A stretch of DNA of 64,000 nt from Utricularia gibba. Lineage: Eukaryota; Plantae; Magnoliophyta. A model generated the notes under the pieces. The model searched no databases. It was not told the origin of the DNA and saw only the letters and a list, made by a program, of their open reading frames with translations. Shown piece after piece: positions 63,564 through 64,000 of this stretch (the first letter of the stretch is position 1; the number at the start of each line of letters is the position of its first letter). The stretch lies in the NCBI GenBank assembly GCA_002189035.1, contig NEEC01000016.1, forward strand, positions 2,418,001 to 2,482,000, read 5' to 3'. A program made the position numbers and the translations under genes.

Positions 63564-64000
63564 TGATAAACGAAAAATTGTGCAAGTCGTTAATTTCAAA
63601 TTTTCCTATCAAATAAATTTATAACCTAACCCACATTCAAGCATAAAACAATTATGAGCATAGTGATTAGGGTCGAACACGAAGAGCAGGTGCTTGCTAT
63701 GTGAAAGTTGGCGCACGAAACTAGTGTCACGTTGGTAAAATTGGTCTTAGCTAGGACTAAGACAGAACTAAAACGAAATACAGTAAATAAAAATAACAAG
63801 TTCTAGAGTTCGGTTGTTTCTGGAATGGAATGGGTGATGCCTTGGGACTCCTAGGTGATGTATTCTTATCACTAAACAAACTCACACAAACCACAAATCA
63901 TACAACTAACTCACAAGATCTAGGTCTACCCGGATTCTTGTTTTTCCCCCTAATCTTTGGTCTACCTCTAATTAGGGTTGTTAAGTTGGGTTTCACTACA
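63564..64000. mobile_element. LTR family A, runs off the window
   Basis: Starts TGATAAACGAAAAATT; homologous to the 8360 and 42595 copies. Confidence 0.88.

Overview
Plant (eudicot) nuclear genomic DNA. Nine host genes lie in islands separated by nested transposon blocks: TAF13, a mitochondrial small HSP, xylulose kinase 2, an EIF1AD-like OB-fold protein, an RNFT-like RING protein, PTF2 (TFIIB/BRF2-related), a PUB62-like U-box protein, chalcone-isomerase-like CHIL and MnSOD. The TE content is three PIF/Harbinger elements (H1 <1-3484, H3 44845-~50400, H2 55546-62094), one hAT element with both TIRs and an 8-bp TSD, one full-length Athila-type Ty3/gypsy element with two LTRs, several solo or truncated LTRs (three with perfect 5-bp TSDs) and degenerate gypsy/copia remnants. 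Top candidates for something new: (1) two divergent Harbinger elements share a third gene between the transposase and Myb/SANT genes, apparently a TRP28/Transposase_28-like domain joined to an FCP1/NIF-type HAD phosphatase domain, with neighbouring arrays of GCAC-based hairpins; (2) the Athila element carries the palindrome CTTGCGCAAG repeatedly along its length, including inside gag-pol in two reading frames; (3) the CHIL start codon appears to be split by an intron (A|TG). Apparent 1-bp frameshifts in G/C homopolymers of XK2, CHIL and possibly PUB62 suggest consensus indel errors, so pseudogene calls need caution. All homology calls are by eye; no searches were run. No rRNA, tRNA or CRISPR was recognised.
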